This document shows positions 12,106-24,349 of a stretch of 64,000 nucleotides of DNA, one piece after another. Both the position numbers and the translations under genes were made by a program. The stretch's first letter is position 1. Every line of letters begins with the position of its first letter. Source of the DNA: Hormiphora californensis (Eukaryota; Animalia; Ctenophora); NCBI GenBank assembly GCA_020137815.1, contig CM035354.1, positions 2,542,001 to 2,606,000 on the forward strand, read 5' to 3'. Under the pieces are notes generated by a model that ran no database searches, had not been told where the DNA came from, and saw only the letters and a list, made by a program, of their open reading frames with translations.

Positions 12106-13361
12106 ATGTCGGTCATTCAGTCGGGCCAGCACGTTCTTTTTATCAACACAAAAACATCAGAACAAAAGTGTGTCCGGCTCCCCAAACACCAGAAAGTATT
12201 CCTCAAACCCTTCTCCTTCACTCCTGATTCCCTGATTGGCCAGCGATTCAACCACACCTACAGGGTAGAGAAGTCCCAGTTGTGTAAGGTCCAGGAACAG
12301 CCCAGCCTGGAGGAGCCGGTTCTGAACTGCGACAAGACGAACGAGTTCATTAGGGATGATGGGACAGTCCAGTCTCTCTCACAGGATGACATAGAGGGAA
12401 TGAAGGCGAGCGGGGTTGCTGGTGAGGAGATTATTAGGACTCTCCGTGAGAATAGCTCCAGTTTTAACCAAAAAACAGAGTTCTCAAAGGCAAAATGGCT
12501 GAAAAAGAAGATGAGCAAGCACCAGCCGGGAATCATAGTGCGACGTCCCTCGATCCGATTGTTTTGTACCTCCCCCACCAGTAAACTCCGGCCGGATATC
12601 CTTGGAAAGATTGTGAGTGTGGGAATGTTTGGTCTGGTAGCCGGGTCTTGGTGGCCGAGACAGGGGACGACCTGCTAACAAGTGCCATAGCTCAGCGGCT
12701 CGATGGGGAGGGTTGTGCTGTTCAAATATACGAACAGAGACAGCCCCACTGTATGTTCACTGTTTGGTTAGACCTTACCGCCGCTCAGAGGGCAGTGGTT
12801 AGGTATTACCCCCTCAAATTCCTGGCCCGCACTGATCCTGAGTGGAAGGAAGAGGAGCAGAAGGAGGAGAATAAAGTTGAGGAGGTTGTGACGGAGCTGG
12901 GGAAGCGGAAACGAGAACAAGGAGTGGAGGATTGGAACAAATATCAGTCTGTTTGCGAGGAATTGAAAGAAGGGAAATATGACTCACTAATCATATCAGC
13001 TCACTATGATCCCTTTCCGGTGCTCGAGCTAGCCTGGGATATCCTCCGGGCCTCGGGGAAATGTGTCATTCACACGGAGTACCTCTCCCAAGTTGTGGCA
13101 TGTGCCAACTTTGTGAATAGTAAGGGGTGCAGTGATCTGAGTGTGGTGGACCAGTGGTATAGGGAGATCCAGGTACTGCCCGGGAGGACACATCCCGATA
13201 TGAGGATGCAGATTGGGGGAGGGTTCATTCTCAGTTGTACGAAACTTATCCCCGGTATCTTTGAGCATGATTCCGTGCCTACAGTTACACCTGCTGCTCC
13301 AGTTATTGAGAAGGAGTCGGCGCCCACAAACAATGGTTTAACAACTGAGAACACTGAGTAA
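12106..13361 (+). CDS. TRMT6: tRNA m1A58 methyltransferase non-catalytic subunit (Gcd10/TRM6); one apparent frameshift near 12625
   Basis: QSLSQDDIEGMK, NSSSFNQKTEFSKAKWLKKK, REIQVLPGRTHPDM..GGGFIL; adding one base at gtgggaatg restores GNVWSGSRVLVAE. Confidence 0.93.
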
Positions 13362-13365
13362 TGTG

Positions 13366-13474
13366 CAGGAACCGACCGAATCAGGAAATACTGGTTCTTG
13401 ATTGGCTGATAACCAGTCACGTGACCTAAATAACGAGTTCTTATTGGTTGTTTACTTGTTTCGGTCGGTTCCTG
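13366..13474 (+). mobile_element. 109-bp hAT-type MITE, copy 1
   Basis: 15-bp TIR caggaaccgaccgaa/ttcggtcggttcctg; 8-bp TSD gtaatgtg. Confidence 0.92.
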
Positions 13475-13647
13475 GTAATGTGTGTGACACAACTTGTTTA
13501 ACTTATTTATTTTTATCCACCATTTTAACCTGAACTTTTTACCACAACATTGAGTGTTTACTTTCACATGCTGATCTTATCTAGGTATACTCAATATATC
13601 TCTTGAATCAGATTACGTTTTCAACCTCCCTAACTATAATACAGATC

Positions 13648-15124
13648 ATGTTATTCCGGTTTCGGGGTGGTGAGGATTGTCCAGATTGGGTGTTGGCAGA
13701 GATAGCAACCATCTCCCGGTTGTCATCTGTTAAACTAAAACTCATCTGTGTACAGGTAATTAATTAGTAATTAATTGTAATTACGGTTACCATTGTTTAT
13801 AACCGTTGATTTCCCTTTACAGATTATGAAGAATATAGGGACGGACTCACTGAAGTATGAAATGTTAACTAAGCTAACAGACCAGGGAAAGTTAACACTA
13901 TCAGATGTCAAGGCCATGGTTGCCTGTATACGGTTTATCTTGGAGAGCTCCCTGAGGAGTTCAGTTGATCCTGCATCTCTTGATAGCGAGTTACAACAAC
14001 TCGGATTCCCCAAGGTATTTGTGTCGTGATGCGGGTTTTAGTTGTATTGTTCATACTATTATGTGCAACAGCACAATGTTTTAGGTCTAGTGTCTACATA
14101 AACTTCACATCATATATTGGAATACTCTCTAGTTGATGCTTGATAAATGCAACCTAAACTTATCAATACCCCAACCCCCCACTCAGGAGCATGCCACTGC
14201 ACTGACCCCCCCCCCCCACTCAGGAGCATGCCACTGCACTGACCCCCCCCCCACTCAGGAGCATGCCACTGCACTGACCCCCCCCCCACTCAGGAGCATG
14301 CCACTGCACTGACCCCCCCCCCACTCAGGAGCATGCCACTGCACTGACCCCCCCCCCACTCAGGAGCATGCCACTGCACTGACCCCCCCCCCCACTCAGG
14401 AGCATGCCACTGCACTGACCCCCCCCCCCCCCTCAGGAGCATGCCACTGCACTGACCCCCCCCCCCTCAGGAGCATGCCACTGCACTGACCCCCCCCCCC
14501 CACTCAGGAGCATGCCACTGCACTGACCCCCCCCCCACTCAGGAGCATGCCACTGCACTGACCCCCCCCCCCACTCAGGAGCATGCCACTGCACTGACTA
14601 AAGCCTACACTCAGGTCCATACCAATGCACTGACCCCCCACCCCCCCACTCAGGAGCATGCCACTGCACTGACCCCCGCACCCCCCACTCAGGAGCATGC
14701 CACTGCACTGACTAAAGCCTACACGGATTATTGTGAAGATGGTAGTGAGGCTCTTAGGAAACTTACTCTCCGTCTTCCCCCACCCACTATTAACTGGTAG
14801 GTGCCATCTATTTAGTAATGACTAATGGGGATGACTGGTGGGCCCGTAACTTAGTTGTACATCACGTAATAGATTGGAATGAGGGCCACTTTTTACCCTC
14901 GCTCATATATATTCCATTGAGCCCATCCGGTTATATTATACCCACTCATTCACTCCAGGTCGGTCGACTACATTGTTACTGATAGTAAGGAGGGAGATGT
15001 AGGAGAGCCACTCCTAAATCTAACAATTAATGGAACACACTGTACCCTTTCCAGCGCTAAACTTGATACCCTGATACATGAGCTGAAAACTGCTGCAGAG
15101 TGTATCAAAAATGTGAAACTGTGA
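13648..15124 (+). CDS. COMMD4: COMM domain protein 4; exons 13648-13755, 13823-14014, 14693-14796, 14959-15124
   Basis: [40 protein letters not shown]|EHATAL, W|SVDY; GT-AG junctions keep the frame. Confidence 0.93.
14173..14712 (+). repeat. ~35-bp tandem array (~15 copies) of the COMMD4 exon 3 acceptor plus first 20 exon bases
   Basis: (C)n-ACTCAG|GAGCATGCCACTGCACTGAC; last copy continues into the exon. Confidence 0.92.
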
Positions 15125-15297
15125 TACAGCGATCAGAGGACTTTTCTTTTTATAACATGTTTTTGTAACCTAATTTTGATTTATTTTTGATGTTATTGTG
15201 TTTTCAGTAATACTTATTGCGTTTAATTATCAAATTACCCGGCTTCTTTTATGAAACATTCCTCGTCCTCCTCCACAGAGAATGACAATATCTAGTG

Positions 15298-16203
15298 ATG
15301 GAGGAGACTCTAAAGAATGCTGACACCCTCCTCTACCTACTTTCCTACTGTCATTCCTCCCCGTTCCTTGACCGAGATGTGATCACCAAGACACTCAGTT
15401 GGGCCGAGTATCATGGCCGGTTACATAATAAATACTCCGCAAACAATCGAGTAAGGACAGTGCTGGATGTGGAGCTGAAAAAGCTAGCCTTCCGGAATGC
15501 GATTCTGGTGAACTGTTTCGGGTTTGATTTTCTTCGCACCTGCCATGATTTGGCGCTGTTCCTGATTTACAATCATCCCTTTTTGAAGGAGAACAAAACA
15601 ACTGATGTCCCCGCTCCACATTCACAATACAACCTCTACTTCAAGGGTATGATATGTATACAGGGTGGTACTCCAGATATTATCAAAGCTGTGGCAGACA
15701 CTCTCAACCAGCTACATAGTTTCCAACCGGGCGGGGTTTTCACCTCAGCACCCCAAAGTGCCACTAAAATCCTACTTAGTAGGGTGGTTGATGAGGGTCA
15801 ATTGTTGGAAGTATTTCTAGTAGCTAGTGGTGAGATACAGGGTGTCATTATAGGGTGGTTGCTCACACACAAACCTGACTGGAGTGTATTCAAACCTTCC
15901 CTAGTCTGCAAATGTTCCATTTTATCGGACGATTTCTTTAAACTGCACATTCGGTTTCTGTTACAGTTGTTGCAGCAGTGTTACAGCAATGCGGGGAGGT
16001 TGTCCGAGAATACCAGTAGGTGGGTGTTTGGGGAACCAATAGGAGATCAGAACATGTGTAAACGAGTGTTGTGTGAGCATGTGGTGTTACTCCATACCAC
16101 CTCCAGACGGAAATATCTGATGGCCTTTCTTGATAATCTAATGAACAATCATCCCCAATTAAAATACTTTGCACGAATTCTTGTTAGTTTTTGTAATGAT
16201 TAG
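15298..16203 (+). CDS. FANCF: Divergent Fanconi anemia group F protein, intronless
   Basis: MEETLKNADTLLYLL...VITKTLSWAEYHGRLHNKY...VRTVLDVEL resembles FANCF N-terminus (V.RALQWARYL..IH.RF...IR.AL); similar size. Confidence 0.7.
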   Translation: MEETLKNADTLLYLLSYCHSSPFLDRDVITKTLSWAEYHGRLHNKYSANNRVRTVLDVELKKLAFRNAILVNCFGFDFLRTCHDLALFLIYNHPFLKENKTTDVPAPHSQYNLYFKGMICIQGGTPDIIKAVADTLNQLHSFQPGGVFTSAPQSATKILLSRVVDEGQLLEVFLVASGEIQGVIIGWLLTHKPDWSVFKPSLVCKCSILSDDFFKLHIRFLLQLLQQCYSNAGRLSENTSRWVFGEPIGDQNMCKRVLCEHVVLLHTTSRRKYLMAFLDNLMNNHPQLKYFARILVSFCND

Positions 16204-16417
16204 GACTCATTTTTAATATCTTGTCAGTACAATTATAATTTTTACATACAGTGCAGAATGTTTTATAATTTCTTATAATTGATTACAGTAAATAACTCTT
16301 GTGTTTTATTACTTCATTGCTCAGTCAACTATTCTTCTATAATCATGATAACATATTCTTGATATCCAATTCAACTCCTACAGATACAGCACAATGTGAG
16401 AGTTAATACCACACAAT

Positions 16418-19211
16418 ATGGTTGAACAACCTTGTTCTGAGAATGACGACATCAAGAATGCTATCCGGCGACTCCGCAAAAAACTCCGTCAAATTCGGAA
16501 CTTGGAGCGATTGCAACGGTCCCTGTCCCCAGAAGAGAGGGTGAAAGTAGGAAGTAGGGGCGAGTTGCAGGAGTCACTTGGTAGGTTCCTGGCATTAGCT
16601 GATCAGTTTAATGTGTCAACTGTATCAGATAGGTCTACTACTGAGCAACAGAACATATCGGTAGAGAAGGAGAAGGAAGATATGGACGGGGGCCAGTGAA
16701 TCATTGGAGGAGCAGGACAGGGGTCAGTGAGTTAGCGGAGGATAGTGCCGATAGTACAGGGTTTAATGTCAGTGTACTAGTAGAGGAGGAGGGTGATGGG
16801 ACTCAAGATCAGATGACATATGATTTGCTAAGTGAAGCAGCATCATCACCAATACCGTTAGATATGAGCAGCCCGTCTCCAACTCCAACTTCAAACAGCC
16901 TTCCCAAATCCTCTCCTGCTCCTGCTAAGATATCCCCTGGTTCAAAAACACCAACCACATCAAACAAACAAACTCCTGCCAAAACTAAACCCCCCGCTGC
17001 TAAACCAGTTAAATTCTCTGCAGTGTGGACGGAGTTGGACACTCACCAGGATGATTTGGTGATCAGTACCAGTGTGACACCCTCCTACCTCTGTACCGGG
17101 GGGAGGGACAGGTGTGTCACCCTACTGTCACCCTCCCCTCCCCATCACCCCCTCCTTCATACCCTTGGGGAACACACAGACACCGTCACATCCATCCTAG
17201 TCCTACCTGACCCCTCAACCATCTTGACAACATCTCTAGACTGCTTCGGTGAAGGTGTGGAAGGATGGTGCTATACTGCACTCAACCTACCTCTACTCCC
17301 CTATTACTGCAGCAGCTATACATGGGGTTAGAGTTGTAATGGGTACTCAGGGTGGCAAGGTGATGTGTTATAACACTGCTAGAAGGGAGGTTGAGTGGGA
17401 GAGAGGTGTCACATGATGATACCGTGTCTGCCGTGGAGATAACTGACACGCTAGCATTCTCCGCTAGCTACAATCTAGGTATTAAATAAATAATAAATAG
17501 CCTCCTTTCTATTCTATTATCTAATTGTGGTAATCAGTTGTAAACTGAGGTTTAGAACACACGGTTAACCAGCCTCCTTTATAATTATATTTTTTAAATT
17601 CAAACTAACGGGTGACAACTAAAAATTGTCCCTAATTTAAAACAGCTGTAGAAATTTTCCCTTTTGAGATACAGCTTCGGGCCAGTGATAGACTAAAAAG
17701 TTCATTTTCATTGCGATATCGCATCATTTCCTCTTGCCCCACCAAAGCATGAAGTACGTGAAATCTACACAATCTTCTAGCACCTCTAGCGCCTGTTCTG
17801 TTTGAGATACAGCCTCGGGATAGTGATATAATGATTTTTTAGACAATTTTGAACGAAATTAACTTTGTTTCAAACTTCGTAAATCTCAATTTCCTGATAA
17901 GAATCTTCTGTAATAAAGCGTAGTTTACAGGTAATTTGAGAAATCGCCATTTCGACAATCTCTTGAAACATTAATGACGTGGAAAACCAACTTCCTAATG
18001 AGCTGAAATTTTTAAACTTGGCAGTTATGTTGGTTATAGCATGAACAACCAGACTTCCAATTTTGAGAATTCTATCTCATCGGGAAGGTTGTTTCTGATA
18101 ACATAGAAATTTCAAATCTCCGTACTACATGCTTCGGAGGGACAAGAGGAAATGATGCGATATCGCAATGAAAATTAACTTTTTAGACTTTGCCGGTATG
18201 GTATTCCGATTCAAAATTGTCTGAAAAATCGTTCTATTACTGACCTTAAGCTGTATCTCAAAAGGGAAAATGTATACAGCCGTTTTAAATTAGGGACAAT
18301 TTTTAGTTGTCACCCGTTAAAACTTACTTTGTCGGTTTAATTAACTCTTTTTCCAGTTGTTTGGGATCTAGCTACACAAAACAAGATCAGTGAGGTAGAG
18401 GGAGCCCGGAAAGTGGGGAGTTGTGCGGCAGTAGGGAACACCCTGTACTTTTGTAATGGTGGACCCAGTGTTAAGGCTTGGAGCGAGGGACGGGTTAGGA
18501 GTGTTTTTAGGAACTCTTTAGCTCAGCATAACTCTACTGATTGTATAAGGGTTTGTGGGGATCTTCTCCTAGCTTGTGTTTATGAGCTGGATAGTGGATC
18601 GTCTGTCATTAACGGTGAGTACCATTTTGTTCTTTGGTTTAGAGATGCCAAGGTGTTGCCTAATTATTAATTAATTACCCTAATTATTAATTAATTGCCT
18701 TAATTATTAATTAATTGCCCTAATTATTTCAGTTTGGAACATTAAGTCCTCGACCTACATCTGTACAGTGGCAGCACCTGTGTCTTGTATTACCGCTATT
18801 GATGTAGTTTCTACCTCTCCCACCCTGTACACTGCCCTAGTGGGCGGTACATCAACTGCACTTCTCACACTCTCAAAATCAGACAGGTAATGAGAATATT
18901 GATTAATTAATTAATTAATTAATATTAGGTAGGGGGTACTTCAACATCTTGATATGGTTTTTAAATAAGCCATGTCCTATCACTAGCTCAATGTGATATC
19001 TTACCAACCAATCTCCTATAGGTTATCTGGAGCTACCTTTGAAACCGGACTACGACCGTACAGAAAGAACGAGTGTTCTGAACTTGACAGTGAAAGTGAA
19101 AATATAATCGAGAGTGAGGGGAGTGATGACAGTGAAGATGAAGAGGAGGGAGACGTTAGTGGGGCAGATACTGCAGCAGCAGCTTCATACTATTGGTGTA
19201 CAATTGTGTAA
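16418..19211 (+). CDS. WD40-repeat protein with N-terminal coiled coil, acidic tail and CaaX end; exons ~16418-17479, 18357-18614, 18733-18885, 19022-19211; several frameshifts in exon 1
   Basis: IRRLRKKLRQIRNLE; LCTGGRDRCV, HTDTVTSI...TTSLDC; ends YYWCTIV-stop. Confidence 0.7.
17608..18317. mobile_element. Tc1/mariner-type foldback MITE in WD40 gene intron
   Basis: ~70-bp TIR acgggtgacaactaaaaattgtccctaatttaaaac..., TA on both sides, second inner inverted pair 17706-17758/18121-18173. Confidence 0.88.
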
Positions 19212-19328
19212 AATATATTGGTGTTTTAAAATTAGATGTTTTGTTATATGTTTTAGTCACTTTTTTTTAGTTTTGATTTGAATTCGTTTTAGTTTCAAAT
19301 AAAGTCACCAAATTTTCTTGCCGTAGCA

Positions 19329-20837
19329 ATGTTACGAAAGTTGATAAACTTACTTATCACACTTCTGACTGTGTTAAGGAATGTCTTTGCAGCAATCGGA
19401 GGAGAGGCCGCAGGTTCGTAATAGAAGGGAATAGAATAGAAGGGAATAGAATAGAAGGGAGATATTAAATCGAATAACATAGAACATGTTAGATTTCAAG
19501 GTCTAAGCACACGTTTGTAATCTAAACTCTTTTCCAGGTAAAAAGATTGACAGACTGCTATTCTTTGTTTCTGGACGGCACAAAATCCAGCGAATTGCCT
19601 GTGAACTGAGGGGAGTTGATAAAATGAGGTCTCTGGAGAGATGTCTCTCCTTGTCTGCGTGTCCCGAACTTCAGGTAGGTCTACAACTTGCAGGAGGGCG
19701 CGGCAGAGTGTTTGGTGGACTGCGCGCGCGGTTATACACGGTATACTGTGCGCGTAGCTGGAGCGTGGGAAAAATGTACGAGTACACTAAATGTATTCTT
19801 GTCAACATTAATTGATTTCATCTTATCATACTGATAACAGTATAAATGTGTCAAGTCGATAAATCTTTTGACAGGCCGTTAACACAGTTTTGATGTTTCA
19901 GAGGTTCAAGACCATCGTGGACACCCCAACTCTAACTTCCACGATCATGCGAGTAAAGAAGATAAAACCGGAACACGATGCTGAGTTTGCGGCTCGAGTG
20001 AGCATTATTTTCAATCCTATTTGCCAGATAAACAAGCTGCTTGTAGCAGCCGTGAGTGAGAGGAGGGAGGTATATAATACTGAGAATGAAACACATGAGG
20101 CAATGTTGATGGAGCTATGGGCGACTCTACAACCTGATAATTCTCTAGACAACAGGATCTCTGAACAGTGGGATGTTATTGGTTTCCAGGGGACGGATCC
20201 TGCTACTGATTTTAGAGGTACGAAGTCTTAATTAGATAAACGGGTGTTTATCGTCCCGAAATGACCATTTCTAATCTCAACAAAAACAGATGTTGCTTCC
20301 ATTTTCTAACACCCAATGAATCTAACACGCATTGTCTGTTTCAGGTATGGGAGTGTTCGGATTGAAATGTCTGCTCCATTTTGCTAAAAAGAATGTTGGG
20401 AAAAGCGGCTTGGTAGCCTCTCACCATCCTCAATATGGGTTCTCCCTTGCCATTACCTCAATCAACATAACATCACTCATGATGCAATTACTGGAAACTG
20501 GCCAACTCAGGTGGGTTAAATCTCTGATAAGTTAGAGACTTAGAAAAACATTCGATTTCTAATTTCTGGAATGTACTTTTCTTATCGTGTACCTAACCAC
20601 CCTTATCCCTCTCCCAGATCTCATTTTCTGTACAAGTGTGTAAAGGGTGGGAGCAGAAATCTAACACTAAACGATGTCTATGAACTCCATGCCTCTCTAC
20701 TCCACTCCTTTATAAAGTTCTATCAAGATCGTAAACCCGCCTGTATCATGGAGTTTAATACTCACAAGGCGGCCTTTGGGGAGGAAGTCAAAGAACGAAT
20801 GGCGGGAGATGCACCTGTTTTTGAAAGTGTGTCTTAG
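19329..20837 (+). CDS. ELMO domain-containing protein (ELMOD1/2-like); exons ~19329-19413, 19538-19674, 19902-20217, 20345-20510, 20618-20837
   Basis: QWDVIGFQGTDPATDFRG|MGVFGL, HPQYGFSLAITSINIT, PACIMEFN. Confidence 0.92.
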
Positions 20838-21224
20838 AACTTTCGGGCTGGATGAATTGTTTTGGAATGGGGTTATTATATTTGAGTTTTGTAGATTTAG
20901 TGTGCATGTAAAAATAGAGGCTGGACCTCATCTTCGTAATTAGAATATGAAATTAGTTAGAACTACTTGATGATGATTTGTTTGTTATTTGTTATTTGAG
21001 CGTACGCCAGTTTTAGTATGGTGCACTGTTTTTGCGTGTTGTTTGAGTGAGACTAGGAGTGAAATGAAAAGAGAAAGAATGGAATATGAAAAAGTGAGAG
21101 CATGTGAGATAGAAGAGAGATTGTTATAGTGGAAGGAGAGAAATTATGGAAGGAGAGAGAGAACAGTGCTGTCCAGGACCACAGAAGATTTCGCAAGGTG
21201 ATGTTGTATGCACGTGATGAAAGT

Positions 21225-21231
21225 CTCTCTA

Positions 21232-21272
<41 letters not shown>

Positions 21273-21299
21273 CTCTCCTCTCCTCTCTCTCCTATCGCT

Positions 21300-21396
<97 letters not shown>

Positions 21397-21403
21397 CTCT
21401 CCT

Positions 21404-21480
<77 letters not shown>
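21225..21480. repeat. (TC)n microsatellite
   Basis: Direct reading. Confidence 0.95.
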
Positions 21481-21481
<1 letters not shown>

Positions 21482-21820
21482 CTCGGTCCGCCCCCGTAGA
21501 TCAGACATACTCATGCTGGAGCTTCCATCTCACTGAGAAGGACAGTGCACATTGAGACCACACCATCTGTAGTTTTCTCTAGCTTGTGTGTGTGTGTGTG
21601 TGTTTGTTAAAAGAGTAACATGGTAAGAGTCTATTGATCATTGTTAAAATAACTGTGAAACTTTTTTTCATTTGTGCACTTGCTTACAGTGCATCATTCG
21701 TAAAACATCGCTGTTGTTATTTTGTATCTAAAATATTATGCTCTCTACCTGAGACTTCTCTGAACTCCGTTGAATACCAACCAAAAAACATATTTTCCTC
21801 TCCTCTATCTCTCTCGGCAG

Positions 21821-22210
21821 GAGGCATCTGGTTTCCACGCAATCACGCCGTCTTCAACTGAGACACCCCGAGATGGCGCAAAGAGCGCCGCCGCCGCTTT
21901 GGAGGACATGGTGAAACGGTCAGCGAGCGTGACTCCCGGTATTAAGGATCCCAGGAAAACAAAAAGTGCAAAAAGTTCAAAGAGTGGCAAAAAGAAGAAA
22001 GGGAAGAAAAGTGGAAAGAAAAAGAAGAAAGCAAAAACACCTCCCGTTTCTTTTGAACAGTTAAAATCCCCCTCTTCCATGGCCAACGCGTACTACATCT
22101 GCCATAACGCACCAGATTTTCTTTTTGTTCGGGGATTCAAATTCAAGGCTCGGTCAGCCTGGGACTCGGTACCACCAACCATAAAAATGAAAATCCTGGG
22201 ATACTACTGA
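21821..22210 (+). CDS. SMKR1: Small lysine-rich protein 1-like; exon begins after acceptor at 21820, candidate Met 21908
   Basis: Lys-rich tract then LKSPSSMANAYYICHNAPDFLFVRGF, matching the SP.AM.N.YYI.HN..D.L..RGF motif. Confidence 0.8.
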   Translation, partial: EASGFHAITPSSTETPRDGAKSAAAALEDMVKRSASVTPGIKDPRKTKSAKSSKSGKKKKGKKSGKKKKKAKTPPVSFEQLKSPSSMANAYYICHNAPDFLFVRGFKFKARSAWDSVPPTIKMKILGYY

Positions 22211-22845
22211 GAAACGGATAGAACATAGATTGGATGGTGGATCACCAATCACCATCACCATGCAAAACTTTGATAAAGGTATCATGGCTAAGACTTGCCT
22301 GCAAGTCAGGCTTGGTCAATATATCGTCTTTATCTGGGCAATATCGTACATACAGCACATCTTGTGGACTGGTGTTGGCCGGGCAAATTGCCAGAATGAT
22401 TTATATTATGATCATGAATGATTTATTGGTTTTTGTACAAAAGTTCATAATTGTTTTGTTGTGTTCGTGTGGTGTGTAGTTGTACAACTTTAAGTTTTGA
22501 ATTTTCAACTTGAAACAAAAGCCCGATTCTTCAGTGTTACAAAGTCATGGGACATTATTTCATATTGGATTTCACACACAGTGTATCTGGCAATGTTTCT
22601 GAATCACACACAAACAAAAATCACAAAAAGTCACTTCATCAAATTTGATCAAAAGCGCAAAAAACATTGTTTTAATCAGGTGCCTGCACTGATATATTGT
22701 TTATCCTATTGTAGTTCTCCCCTGTGCTTGTGATTTAGTTGCACACTGCATTTCATACCGACTTCATAGTCACACCATCAAACTGCCACGAGCCCGACCT
22801 CACTAACCCAGCAGCTGGTGCCAGCCCAGAATCTGTTCCCTGGAG

Positions 22846-24349
22846 TCACATGGAGTATGGTGGAGTATTGACGAGGTATATATCCTTCAGTTCCTTCCTT
22901 CGGAGATAGCACGCAGCCAACATTGTCACAATCTCAAGGATGACCACAGCACACACGGTTATAATCACTATCGTTGTTTGGGCTGAGGGACAATGGAGAT
23001 GAGCGGGAGCTAAGTGAGATGTGATCGTGGGAGAGATAGGGTGGGGTCACCCACTGGTCACACATAAACGTTACACTCAATACTCATTTTAGAGCAAGGA
23101 TATTGGTCACATGCTATAATTATACTCACAAGCTATGAAGTGTTCAATCTGTGCTTTACATCCTGTCTTGTACGCTGTAAGGGTGTTACACGCACCCCCT
23201 GGTACCACATCTGCAGGAGATTTAGAGTTACGAGGACTCCTTGGACTGGGGTCTTGCGAGAGGATTTTAATTTTTAAACTGTACCTAAACTGAAAACCAT
23301 GTAGAGATTGCCTGAATCTGCTATAATATGTTCTACCACGTACCAGAACAGCAAGATTTGGGGAGGTCTATTTGTGTGATGATCCCATAATCAGTTGGTC
23401 CATTGTAGCCACAACACTCTAGGAGGCCTTGAATGTGATCAATAGTCGCGTCAGAAGTCGTGTCTCCTTTACCGTACTGTAGGGGAATGGGGATAAATGT
23501 AGAATGCAGAAAACACCGATCTTAATTATTCAAAATCTCATTTCCTCAGTGCGGTCAGATTTGGTGTGTGGCACCATGAGACAGTTTTAGAATACACCAG
23601 GGGAAATATCATCAACTCACTTACATTTTTTACAGTTCGCTCCACCGTTTGATCAATCTCGGTGACAATGATGTGTTTTTCTACAGCGTATAATACACCT
23701 GGGGTGAAGTTGTAATGATATTTATTGTTTCATTTACATTGCCATGCTATACATAGACCAGAGTTGCAGACCAAAAAGTTAGAAAAGGGTGACCTCTCGA
23801 GTGGACAAGTGATCTTGTAACCACTTACCACCTGGCACCTACCAATAGCGATTTCTCCTAGTAGCAGGAGTAGCATGAGGCAGAAGTAGACTGAGAGGAG
23901 AACATGATTCTGTAGGCACGCCCCCAGACATCCAAATAGACTTAGCACAATCACTACCATACCAAAGGCGATTAAAAAGTATCTGAAATAGCTTGGTTAT
24001 TTGTGACGTGAGGTCGTGCAATGTCAGATTGTCACGGTTAGGAGGGATCAGAAACTCAGATTTTACTCTCGGGCAAATAAACGAGGTCGCGCTGCTGCAA
24101 AGTGCCTGATTACGTCAAAGTCTGTTCGGTGTATTAGTAAAAATTAAAACATTTCGAGATGTATCTTGACTTGACTCACGCGACAACGTCCAGTCCTTTC
24201 ACGTCCTCCATGTCGGTAAACTGGTTCATAGCAATTTTAATGTACACCCCACATCCCAGTAGTATTGCCCCGGTCATGAGTGTCGCAAAGTTTAACCCAA
24301 ATAGGATAACACGGATAGCACCCGCGATGAAGTCAGTTAGGCAACCCAT
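22846..24349 (-). CDS. Tetraspanin, about 6-7 exons
   Basis: MGCLTDFIAGAIRVILLGLNF..., SLFGCLGACLQNHVLLSVYF, ECCGYNGPTDY...PKSCC, GCKAQI, final TM VVILEIVTMLAACYL. Confidence 0.92.
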
